Positions 54,789 to 64,000 of a DNA stretch of 64,000 nucleotides are shown here, one piece after another. The stretch comes from Eledone cirrhosa. Lineage: Eukaryota. Made by a program: the position numbers and the translations under genes. The notes below the pieces were generated by a model. The model saw only the letters and a program-made list of their open reading frames with translations. It had not been told where the DNA came from and made no database searches. How positions within the stretch are numbered: the stretch's first letter is position 1; every line of letters starts with the position of its first letter. The stretch is from positions 14,942,001 to 15,006,000 of the forward strand of contig OZ024743.1 in NCBI GenBank assembly GCA_964016885.1, in the 5' to 3' direction.

Positions 54789-56447
54789 TTCTCTTTTGTT
54801 TTAATGTTATTAAGGAACATCACGAGAGTCTTCAATTCACCTTGGAGGAAGCAGAATTGCTGGGCCGGGATCCCAGTGATGTAGTGCACTGCTGGACCTG
54901 GTCGGCTCTTCGCTCGTGTTGCCTCAAGGATTGCCAACCTAGTGTGACCCCAAGCCAATGGAGCTAGAGCAAAGAATATATATATATACATATATATATA
55001 TATTTATATATATATATATATTTTTCAGATATAAAATAATGTCAGATCAAGTAAATGATGTGGGAACAAGTGAGAGGCAATTTTCAAACGCAGCTGTGTT
55101 CAGTACTCAAAGTGAACAAATTAAGTCGTGGAAGGGATACTGCTTAAGAAATCCCTCCCTAATTTCTCTCTTTTTCTCTCACACTTGGCTCACTCTACCT
55201 CTCTTTCTTTCTCCTTCTCTCTACTTCTCTTTGCTCCTCCACTTTCTTTCTCTCTAGTTAATACAGGAGACTCTACACCTAGCAGCCAGTTGATCTAACG
55301 CCCGTTCATTCTGAATCATCCAAATAATCCCTCTTTTCTTCTGTCATTACATTTAACTTCCTCTCTAACCACCATTCAATTCTTCTCACTCTTAATGTCA
55401 AGTCTCTAAAAACGCATTGCTAATCGTCTTTTACATGCTGCAAACAAGTAGAAGTACTTTAAGGAGATCAGAACATCATTCTGGTCCACATTGTTAGCAT
55501 CAGAATATAGATCACCTTCGTTCCAACAAAACATCTAAAACAAAGCTTAATTAATATTAATAATTTCATGGCTTAAGCACCGAAATCAATTTTTCCCGAT
55601 TTATCAAACATCCGGTGTGACGCGATCGATAATAAAATGAGTCTTCTGTCGTCGTCGGTTAAGTTTGTTAAAGCAGAGATATTATAACATACATCTCAAA
55701 ACATTATAAAATACACCTTTTATATTTCAAAGGTTTACATTTTTTAAATGAAGAAAAACAATATCTATAATATATTAATTTACATTTAAAACCCACAATA
55801 CTCTTCCAATCAGAAGCACAATACATCAATTTCACCCTCACGAGGTCGATAAAATAAAGTACCAGAAATGCACTGTGTAATTGCTGGCCTTGTGCCTAAG
55901 TAGAAACAATTAACTTTGTAATTTCATTTAATTGTCGACAATGTTTTTGTCATTTCTTGTTAAAATGTCCTACTTCCAATAATTATGTTTATTTGGTTTC
56001 ATTTACTAGCCTATGCTTGTGAGTGTTTGTGTAGATGTGTTTGTGTTTGTGTGCGTGCGTGTTTGTGTATCCATACATGCATATGCGTATATATACCTTA
56101 TATATATATATACATATATGCAATGGTATATATATTACATTAGATGCGTGAGGGGTTTCATTTTGGTGGCACTATAGTAAAATATATGTAGTGGAAATGG
56201 GTCGTTTCAGTTTGGTAAATGTTGCCATAATTTACAACACCTATATCTAGTTCACTAAAACTCTAGTGCTTGTATGTGTGACAATATATATATATATACA
56301 TATATATATAATGTTATAATTCAGGAAGGTCATACTGACAATAAAACACACGCACCTATTGGATTTCACTTAAATTTATTAAAAATTTCCGGTTGGTTGT
56401 TTGGTTCGATACCCGGATGATTGTCTATATATTCTCGGCTGTTGTCG

Positions 56448-56493
56448 GGTCGTCCTGATGAGGACCAGTTAAGTTTGAAATGCATCGACGATT
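56448..56493 (+). ncRNA. Minimal type I hammerhead of an older ~312-bp repeat family (truncated second core at 56767-56793)
   Basis: GGTCGTC-CTGATGA-GGAC cagttaa GTTT-GAAAT-GC-ATC-GACGATT; palindromic stem III ATGCAT; AUC site. Confidence 0.82.
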
Positions 56494-56884
56494 ATCCTCT
56501 TTGCTTCTGCTGGACACCACCAGGTGGCGATAGCCTCCGCAGTTGTTTTAATAGCTACGGATTTCTCTAGAAATACGGAATTCCAATACATATCTCTATG
56601 CAGCTATGCTCGAAGGTAAATCCTAAGTCTATGCTATTAAAAGGTGAACCAACTTAAACCGCTTCATATGCAAATGAGATTAATCACCTCATTTACATAG
56701 ACGAGAAAACTATATATACTGGCCTTTTTGCTAAGCCCAGCAGTCACACGAGTGTGAGGGATCATCCTGATGAGTACCATTTAAGTTCGAAATTTAAACT
56801 CCACTATATATATATATATATAGAGGAGCTTAAATTTCGAACTATATATATATAGATGCATAGACAGATGGATAGACAAATATA

Positions 56885-57030
56885 TGCAAATCCTGAGTTA
56901 AAACGGGAGGTAACCATGGTTAAAAACGTACTTAATACATTAGTAGAGCGTAAGCATCTCACTTAATATAGAAATTACTTCTAAATGACTAGAATTGTTT
57001 CATTGTTATGGTCTCATCAAAGATATTAAG
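56885..57030 (-). mobile_element. Diverged PLE family-1-like pLTR end with decayed hammerhead
   Basis: Minus strand reads TTGATGA...GAAACAATTCTAGTC...CTATATTAA...CTCTACTAATGTATTAAGTAC...TGGTTACCTCC, collinear with 7260-7385. Confidence 0.65.
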
Positions 57031-57125
57031 ATAATTTCAATCCAATAGAACAGATCTTTTCACATTGAAGTCATTTATATTAATATGACGTATATACTAT
57101 ATGCACACACACACACGTATATATA

Positions 57126-57185
<60 letters not shown>

Positions 57186-57391
57186 AAGAATCAAAGAACT
57201 GTTCAAAACATTATTGTGCTTACAGCTGTTTCCTCCAAACCGAGGTTTGGATTCTTCGGAGCAATTTATTAATGCATGGACAGTTATATGACCTCCTTTT
57301 CAGCCGAGAGACATACCAATACATATTCAAACATTGATACATATTCAAACATTGTGGGTCAACATTCATTACAAAATTTAGAGTGGCAGTG

Positions 57392-57432
<41 letters not shown>

Positions 57433-57484
57433 TATATACGTGTGTGTGTGTGCATATAGTATATACGTCATATTATAAATGAGG

Positions 57485-57785
57485 TATTCCAATACATATC
57501 TGTATACAGCTGTGCTCGAAGCAAAATTCTTATTCTATCCTATTATAAGTTGAGTCAACTTATACAGCTCTATATGCCAATGAGATTAATCACCTCATTT
57601 ACAGAGACGAGAAAGCTATACATTCTCAACTGTTTTCATGTCCAGCAGTTGCAAGAGCGAGACGGATCCTCCTCACGAGGACGCATTCAGTTCAAAATGC
57701 ATCCACGATTGTCTCCTTAGCCGCCGGTGCTTTTGAATAGCTACTGCTTTCTAAATGTTTATTTATAAAAATACCGTATTTCATA
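57485..57785 (+). mobile_element. Diverged, circularly permuted monomer of the ~312-bp hammerhead repeat
   Basis: 57485-57690 aligns to ~56578-56790 and 57665-57780 to ~56448-56580; core decayed to CTCACGA...AAAAT-GC-ATC. Confidence 0.7.
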
Positions 57786-57792
57786 TATATAT

Positions 57793-57850
<58 letters not shown>

Positions 57851-57853
<3 letters not shown>

Positions 57854-57993
57854 AAAAAGGTCAGAACGACGCCGACGGCAGAGCCCTGCCGTTGGCGTTC
57901 TGACTCTTTTCCTACTACCCACTCTACTAGCCAAGGTATCGAGTAGTCTGGTGTGTTATGGTCCATCTGGTTCCTTACCACACTTCCTTCGTT
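57851..57993. mobile_element. Fold-back mini-remnant of the PLE family-2 pLTR in (TA)n
   Basis: AGGAAAA..GTCAGAACG..CCGACGGCAG agcc CTGCCGTTGGCGTTCTGAC..TTTTCCT hairpin followed by the family-2 tail ending CTTCGTT-(AT)n. Confidence 0.78.
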
Positions 57994-58386
57994 ATATATA
58001 TACATTTTTATATATGTGGATATTAGTGTATGTGTGTATCTGCATGCTAGAAGCACTTAAAAATTCGAACGTTCTATATATACTTAGACTCCTTCTAACA
58101 CACTAGCGCACACAGTAATCTACAGATAGCTATCTTAACTGTGTATGATTCTATGTTTATGCAATATATTTATGAGACTTTCATGATTAGGCTAGGTTTG
58201 TACGAAAGCGAACACTATGTGTGTTTTGTAACTATATATCGTCTTGAATATAATTACTGAACAATATCTCAAATATAAACCAGGAAAAATGCACCATTTA
58301 GAACAGTAGACAATATATTTGTTTCAACACCTTCCTAGCCTTAGTTGAAGTTTTCCTGTTATATCAGAAAGTTCAGAAATGTAAGA

Positions 58387-58418
<32 letters not shown>

Positions 58419-58421
<3 letters not shown>

Positions 58422-58880
58422 GAGAACAATCAGGTGAAGGTGCTGTGGGATTTTAGGATACAGACGGACAAAAAACTGGAACACAATCGACCTGACCTGG
58501 TGATTGTGGACAAAGAAAAAAGATCGTGTCTGATTGTGGATGTGGCCTGCCCTTTCGACACGAGAGTGCAAGAGAAGGAGAGGGAGAAAATTAACCGATA
58601 CCAGGACCTAAAGTGGGAGGTGAAAAGGATTTGGAACTGCCATAAAGTCAAAGTGATCCCGATTGTCATAGGCGCACTGGGGACTATCTCCAAAAATTTC
58701 CAGGGATGGTTAAAGAAAATCGGCCCCTTCACGCTTTTTGGAACGCTTCAAAAGGCATGCTTGCTTGGAACAGCAAGAACCCTCCGATACGTCCTGAATA
58801 TCTGAGGCTGCAGGTGGTGGCTTGATATTCATTCCAACGGACTTTCCAGTTAACCAACATCAATGACTGAGATTCAAGGA
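58419..58880 (+). mobile_element. 5'-truncated Dong family B copy (RLE domain + 3' UTR) in (TAA)n
   Basis: Matches 43456-43920; ORF 58419..58805 is open; (TAA)n on both sides. Confidence 0.9.
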
Positions 58881-58888
58881 ATAACAAC

Positions 58889-58928
<40 letters not shown>

Positions 58929-58929
58929 T

Positions 58930-61900
58930 GCTCCCGTAAGTTTTTTGATTTTTAACATATTTAAATCAATTGTGAAAGAACAATTCTTAGCACAAATGTT
59001 GCATAAAGGCACCGAATGAGGTCCCATAAAGTTTCGGATCCATATTATATTGTTGTATCGCTCAAATATTCAATTTTGTATTATATATTTTGTATTCAAA
59101 AAAAGAAAATGGTTATAAATGGAACAAAACACCCTCTGTCTACACTATATAGAACAGCGGCAATTTCAATTTCACCAACACCAGAAACTTGATACACTAC
59201 CTATCCCATCACACTAAATATAACGGCAACTTCACCGGCATCATAATAATAATTACTATTATTATTGTCTCAAATTTAAAAAAATGTTTAATTCAAATTT
59301 TACGGGAATATGTCAACACAAAATATAATGAAAATATATATTAAACATACGAACACAAACTCATAGATACTATATCAGTAACCACAACACCACCGCTGCC
59401 ACCACCCCACCACATCCATCATCGCCGCCACCACTCATTCAATGCTACTGACACTATTCCCCTGTTAACTTGAGAGAGAAAAGGGAAGGTGGTGGTAGCA
59501 CTAGACAAGAGAGAGGCTAGCAAAAGATATAAATAGATTGACTTGGTGACCTTGCCACGGACAAACGTCTACATCAACAATTATGGGACTGCTGGCTCAC
59601 CCCTTCCTCACCAACAATATAAAAAGCCCCGGCACCACCACCGACATAGCCAGCAGCAATAACAGCCAACTACAACAAAAAGTATATTATATTATTGTAA
59701 TGCACTGGGTGATTGCTGGCCTTGTCCCTGGAGTGGAGACAATTATTAATAATTTCATTCTTAAGCCACGCAATGCTCACATTAAGGAACCACTCATGAT
59801 AATAACAATTTAAAAAAAACAACAAAAAGAAAACCCCGTGACCAAGAAATACCGGGATGGCGGCCGGCGGGGAATAGCCATGTCTCTAGGGGAGAACGAC
59901 CCCTCTAGTCTTGGTTGACACTCGTTCTAGAAGTGGTAACACGAAAAGATTACCCCTTGGCGGATAAGGATAAAACGCGACAAAATAAAGTAGATGTCTA
60001 ATGATGAAATCTCATACCGGATCGGCCGTCACCCGGGTAAAAAAGGGCCGCGTCCCTCAGAGAGGAACCAGACTGGGGTCGAAAAATCAGCTAATGGTTC
60101 AAACCTTCCCATCACTTCGGAGCTGGAGACCTCCCATAACCGGAATACTCCTACTGTTGGCCCTCCATGCTCACCACCAAGAAATCCAAAGAAAAAGAGA
60201 GAAAAATGGTCAAGGGAAGATAATAAAGAAGTCCTTGAGGCTTTCTACACTGCCATGTACTACCCATCAAATACATCGAATACAGAGCAAACATATATCA
60301 ACTGGAAAAAGAAACATCCCGAAAACAGAGGCTATATTGACAGTAACAAACTAGCCAATATACGAAGAAATATTGTAAGAAAAAAGTTACTAACTGATAT
60401 AGAAATTGATCAGATCAAGCTATTAGCACAAAGTCAGCGAAGGGAAAATGAAGCATGTGTCAGTGAAAACGAGGTAAACTGTAACACTTCGAATCCCAGA
60501 GTTGGGGCGGAATCACTGGCAACAGAACAAATTAAAGAAAGGAGCGAAAAAGTGGAGGGAGTGCATGCTCAGGATGAAACTCCAAATGAAAATAATGAGA
60601 TCGTAAATGATAAAGAAATGAATGAGAATGAACTTGCCAACTTGAAGGATGAAATTATGATCGAATGGATGAAAATGAAAGAATCTGACATGGGGGAACG
60701 AGACACCCTCCCTAAGATCCAGAACTCCAAACAGAACCAAAAGATAATACACAAGACTAACATAATTCTCAAAAACATTATCATCACAAACAAAATAAAC
60801 ATTACTGACTTAAATCATCTCTATTATGCATCGGCTAAAGTCACCATTCACTTATGTGGAGTGAAGATGAAAAAACAAAGGAATTCCCACAAGAAATCTA
60901 CTTGGCCAGATAACATCAATCGCCAAATAAACCTTCTCCGATCTGACATAGAAATTTTAACAAACTATAAAGTAGGTGAACATGTTAAACAAACTAAACT
61001 TAGAAAATTGAAAAAAAAGTACAGTATAAGATCAACATGTGACATAGACATGCTGATAGAAACAATCAAGCAAAAAGTGTCGGCCAAAGCTGCTCGTATA
61101 AGGCGCTTTGAAAAACGATCTAGATTCTATAAGTACAATAATATGTTCAAAAACAACCAAAGAAACTTCTACAGAAAAATTGGTAAGTCAACAATAACTG
61201 CTAAATCAATACCACCCAAGGAGGAAGTGCAAGAATTCTGGGAAAAGATCTGGGCCGAAGAAAAAGTTCATAACATACATGCCCCATGGATAGACAGACA
61301 AATGAAAGAAACAGCTCACCTTGAAGAACAAACATGGGAAAATATAACAGTTGAACAGCTGCGCTTGGCTCTAAGAAAAACCAGCAAATGGAAATCCCCA
61401 GGAAAAGACAAAATACAAAACTTTTGGATAAATGCCTTCACAGAGTCTCATGAGCTGTTAGCCCAACTTTACAATGAAATAGTTAAGGAGCCAGAAAAGA
61501 TACCATCATGGCTAGTTAACGGCATTACATTCCTGCTACCGAAGAATGATGAGACAAACAATCCCAAAAATTACAGACCGATAACCTGCTTGACCACAAT
61601 GTATAAAATTTTAACATCAGTCCTAACTGAATACACATATGACCACCTGATAACAAATGACCTATTTCCCATTGAGCAGAAAGGGTGTAAACGAGGCTCA
61701 TATGGCTGTAAGGATCAGCTTCTGGTTAACAAAATGATACTGGAAGATTGTCATAATAGACACAAAAATCTATCGATTGCTTGGATAGATTATAAAAAAG
61801 CATTTGATAGTTTGCCACACAGTTGGATTGAAAAATGTTTAGAGATTTTCAAAATATCCCCCGTTGTCAGGAGGTTTTTGTCATTCAGTATGAGGACATG

Positions 61901-63784
61901 GAGAACGACACTCCTTTTGAATAGTGAAACAAAATCACTGGAAGCTGGAGAAGTTAACATTAATTGTGGAATTTTTCAGGGTGACTCTTTATCACCGCTT
62001 TTATTCTGCATCGCACTTATACCATTAAGTAAAATGCTCAATGAAACAAAACATGGATATAGAGTCTATGACAAAACCATTAATCACCTGTTCTACATGG
62101 ATGACCTGAAACTATTCGCAAAAAATGATGAACAATTGCAAGGGCTATTATACACTGTGAAGCAGTTCAGTGATGACATTAAAATGGAGTTTGGACTGGA
62201 TAAATGCGCCAAAGCAACGTTCACCAGAGGAAAGCTGCTGAAGAGTTCAGACATTAATCTTGATCGGGGGAACGTGATAAGAGAGCTTGATCAAGAACAA
62301 ACTTACAAATATCTAGGTGTTTGTGAAGGAGACGGAATCAAGCACTCGACAATGAGGGAAAGGATAAGGAAGGAATGTTACCGCAGAGTCAGAGCAATCT
62401 TAAGAACGGAATTGAATGCAAGGAATAGGATCGATGCCATAAACACGCTTGCCATACCAGTAGTAACCTACAGTTACAATGTCATCAACTGGTCAAGCAC
62501 AGAGATCCGTAGGCTCGATACAAAAATCCGAAAATTCTTAACCATGCACAGAATGCATCACCCTAAGGCAGACATAGATAGAATATATCTCCCTAGGAAA
62601 GAAGGAGGACGTGGGTTAATCCAGTTAGACATTGCGTTGAAAACTGCAACAATTGGATTATCCACATATCTAAGGGAATCACATGATTGGATGATCAAAC
62701 TCGTTTTGAAACACGAAAGCACCAACAGATCATATTCCATTACAAAAGATGCACAAAGATACAGTAATGGACTACAAATTTCAGAAGTCCCATTTACTGC
62801 TGAAATGGAAAACACAGAAAAAGCAAAGCAGGTAAAAGTAACTGCAAAGAAAGAACTGCTACAGAAACTGGCTAAGAAATGGCAAGAAAAGCCTCTGTAT
62901 GGAAAATACCCAGAGCGAGCTAACAATCCTGATGTTGACAAAACTTTAACCCATCAGTGGTTGGCATCCTCTGGACTGAAATCGGAGACTGAAGGACTGA
63001 TTATATCCGCACAAGATCAGTGTCTGCCAACAAAAAATTACCAAGCCAACATAATAAAAAATGGGTGCAGCCCATTATGCCGTGTATGCAAAAAACAACC
63101 AGAGACCATTGACCATATAATTTCAATGTGCAGTCCTATAGCTCCAACCGAATACCTAAACAGGCATGACAGAGCTGCACAATACATACATTGGATAATG
63201 TGTAAGCATTTTGACCTGCCCCATCAAAAGAATTGGTGGGAGCATCAACCACCTCCCATACTTGAAAAAGATCACATCTCAATCTTGTGGAACTTTAGCA
63301 TCCAAACAGACCGAAAAATAGATGCAAATAGACCTGATATAATATTGAAGGACTTTCAAAGGAGGGTATGCCTGCTAATTGATATGTCTGTTCCAATAGA
63401 CAAGAATGTATCTATAAAAACATTTGAAAAATTGAGCAAGTATAAGGACCTGGAGATAGAAATTGGAAAAATGTGGAAATTGAGAACTAAAACAATACCA
63501 GTGGTTGTAGGCGCTCTGGGAATGATACCTAAGGGGTCTGACGACTACTTATCGCAAATCCCAGGAAACCCGCGTATAGGAGAAATACAAAAGATAGTAC
63601 TAATGGGAACTGCCCATATACTAAGGAAGATCCTGTCAATATAAGTACATCACAAGTCTAAACACTAAGGATGCATGTGTGAATATGTGTGTTCTTTCTT
63701 GAACATGGCGGACCTTGTTGTCTCTTGAGGTCACTGGTTGTGACTTGGTGATAACTCGTATAAACATAAAGCAAGATAAATGCA

Positions 63785-63785
<1 letters not shown>
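58930..63785 (+). mobile_element. Full-length R4/Dong-type retrotransposon family A, potentially intact
   Basis: ~1.06 kb 5' UTR, single intact ORF, ~140-bp 3' UTR, (TAA)n on both sides. Confidence 0.95.
59994..63644 (+). CDS. RT - CCHC zinc finger - restriction-like endonuclease polyprotein, 1216 aa
   Basis: KSPGKD, NYRPITCL, WIDYKKAFD, QGDSLSP, YMDD; CRVC..ETIDH...C; RHD; RPDII..IDMS..K..KY (PD-D/ExK). Confidence 0.95.
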   Translation: MSNDEISYRIGRHPGKKGPRPSERNQTGVEKSANGSNLPITSELETSHNRNTPTVGPPCSPPRNPKKKREKWSREDNKEVLEAFYTAMYYPSNTSNTEQTYINWKKKHPENRGYIDSNKLANIRRNIVRKKLLTDIEIDQIKLLAQSQRRENEACVSENEVNCNTSNPRVGAESLATEQIKERSEKVEGVHAQDETPNENNEIVNDKEMNENELANLKDEIMIEWMKMKESDMGERDTLPKIQNSKQNQKIIHKTNIILKNIIITNKINITDLNHLYYASAKVTIHLCGVKMKKQRNSHKKSTWPDNINRQINLLRSDIEILTNYKVGEHVKQTKLRKLKKKYSIRSTCDIDMLIETIKQKVSAKAARIRRFEKRSRFYKYNNMFKNNQRNFYRKIGKSTITAKSIPPKEEVQEFWEKIWAEEKVHNIHAPWIDRQMKETAHLEEQTWENITVEQLRLALRKTSKWKSPGKDKIQNFWINAFTESHELLAQLYNEIVKEPEKIPSWLVNGITFLLPKNDETNNPKNYRPITCLTTMYKILTSVLTEYTYDHLITNDLFPIEQKGCKRGSYGCKDQLLVNKMILEDCHNRHKNLSIAWIDYKKAFDSLPHSWIEKCLEIFKISPVVRRFLSFSMRTWRTTLLLNSETKSLEAGEVNINCGIFQGDSLSPLLFCIALIPLSKMLNETKHGYRVYDKTINHLFYMDDLKLFAKNDEQLQGLLYTVKQFSDDIKMEFGLDKCAKATFTRGKLLKSSDINLDRGNVIRELDQEQTYKYLGVCEGDGIKHSTMRERIRKECYRRVRAILRTELNARNRIDAINTLAIPVVTYSYNVINWSSTEIRRLDTKIRKFLTMHRMHHPKADIDRIYLPRKEGGRGLIQLDIALKTATIGLSTYLRESHDWMIKLVLKHESTNRSYSITKDAQRYSNGLQISEVPFTAEMENTEKAKQVKVTAKKELLQKLAKKWQEKPLYGKYPERANNPDVDKTLTHQWLASSGLKSETEGLIISAQDQCLPTKNYQANIIKNGCSPLCRVCKKQPETIDHIISMCSPIAPTEYLNRHDRAAQYIHWIMCKHFDLPHQKNWWEHQPPPILEKDHISILWNFSIQTDRKIDANRPDIILKDFQRRVCLLIDMSVPIDKNVSIKTFEKLSKYKDLEIEIGKMWKLRTKTIPVVVGALGMIPKGSDDYLSQIPGNPRIGEIQKIVLMGTAHILRKILSI

Positions 63786-63834
<49 letters not shown>

Positions 63835-64000
63835 GAAGAAGAAGAAGAAGAACAACAACAACAACAACAATAATAATGACAACAACAACGACAAAAACAA
63901 CAACAACAACTTCAACAGGAGCAACATAATTAATTGCAGACAAGTAAATGCTTTCAATAACAGCGAAAATACACATAAAACACTACTACTACTACTACTA
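63786..64000. repeat. Compound (TAA)n(GAA)n(CAA)n and terminal (CTA)n microsatellites
   Basis: Direct inspection. Confidence 0.9.

Overview
This is AT-rich, repeat-saturated eukaryotic DNA with no convincing host gene. A cephalopod/octopod origin is inferred only from the look of the tRNA-SINE and the microsatellite load. Almost everything is retroelement-derived and sorted by microsatellite target. (TA)n tracts hold Penelope-like elements (RT + GIY-YIG) with inverted pseudo-LTRs and non-coding tandem arrays with units of 514, 310, 558 and ~312 bp. (TAA)n tracts hold R4/Dong-type RT-RLE elements (one intact 1216-aa ORF) and two Tx1-type APE-RT elements. The main hidden signal is RNA: more than 20 type I hammerhead ribozyme motifs, found and folded by eye, one per repeat unit or pseudo-LTR, in at least six families. 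Several have atypical architectures: a ~27-bp stem III with two competing GUC registers, a long stem II with a GUU site, and a covarying U3-A8 core. The arrays look like retrozymes (circRNA-forming non-autonomous retroelements), and two share the inverted-head, (TA)n-anchored junctions of the neighbouring Penelope elements. No folding or search was computed, and ribozyme activity is untested.
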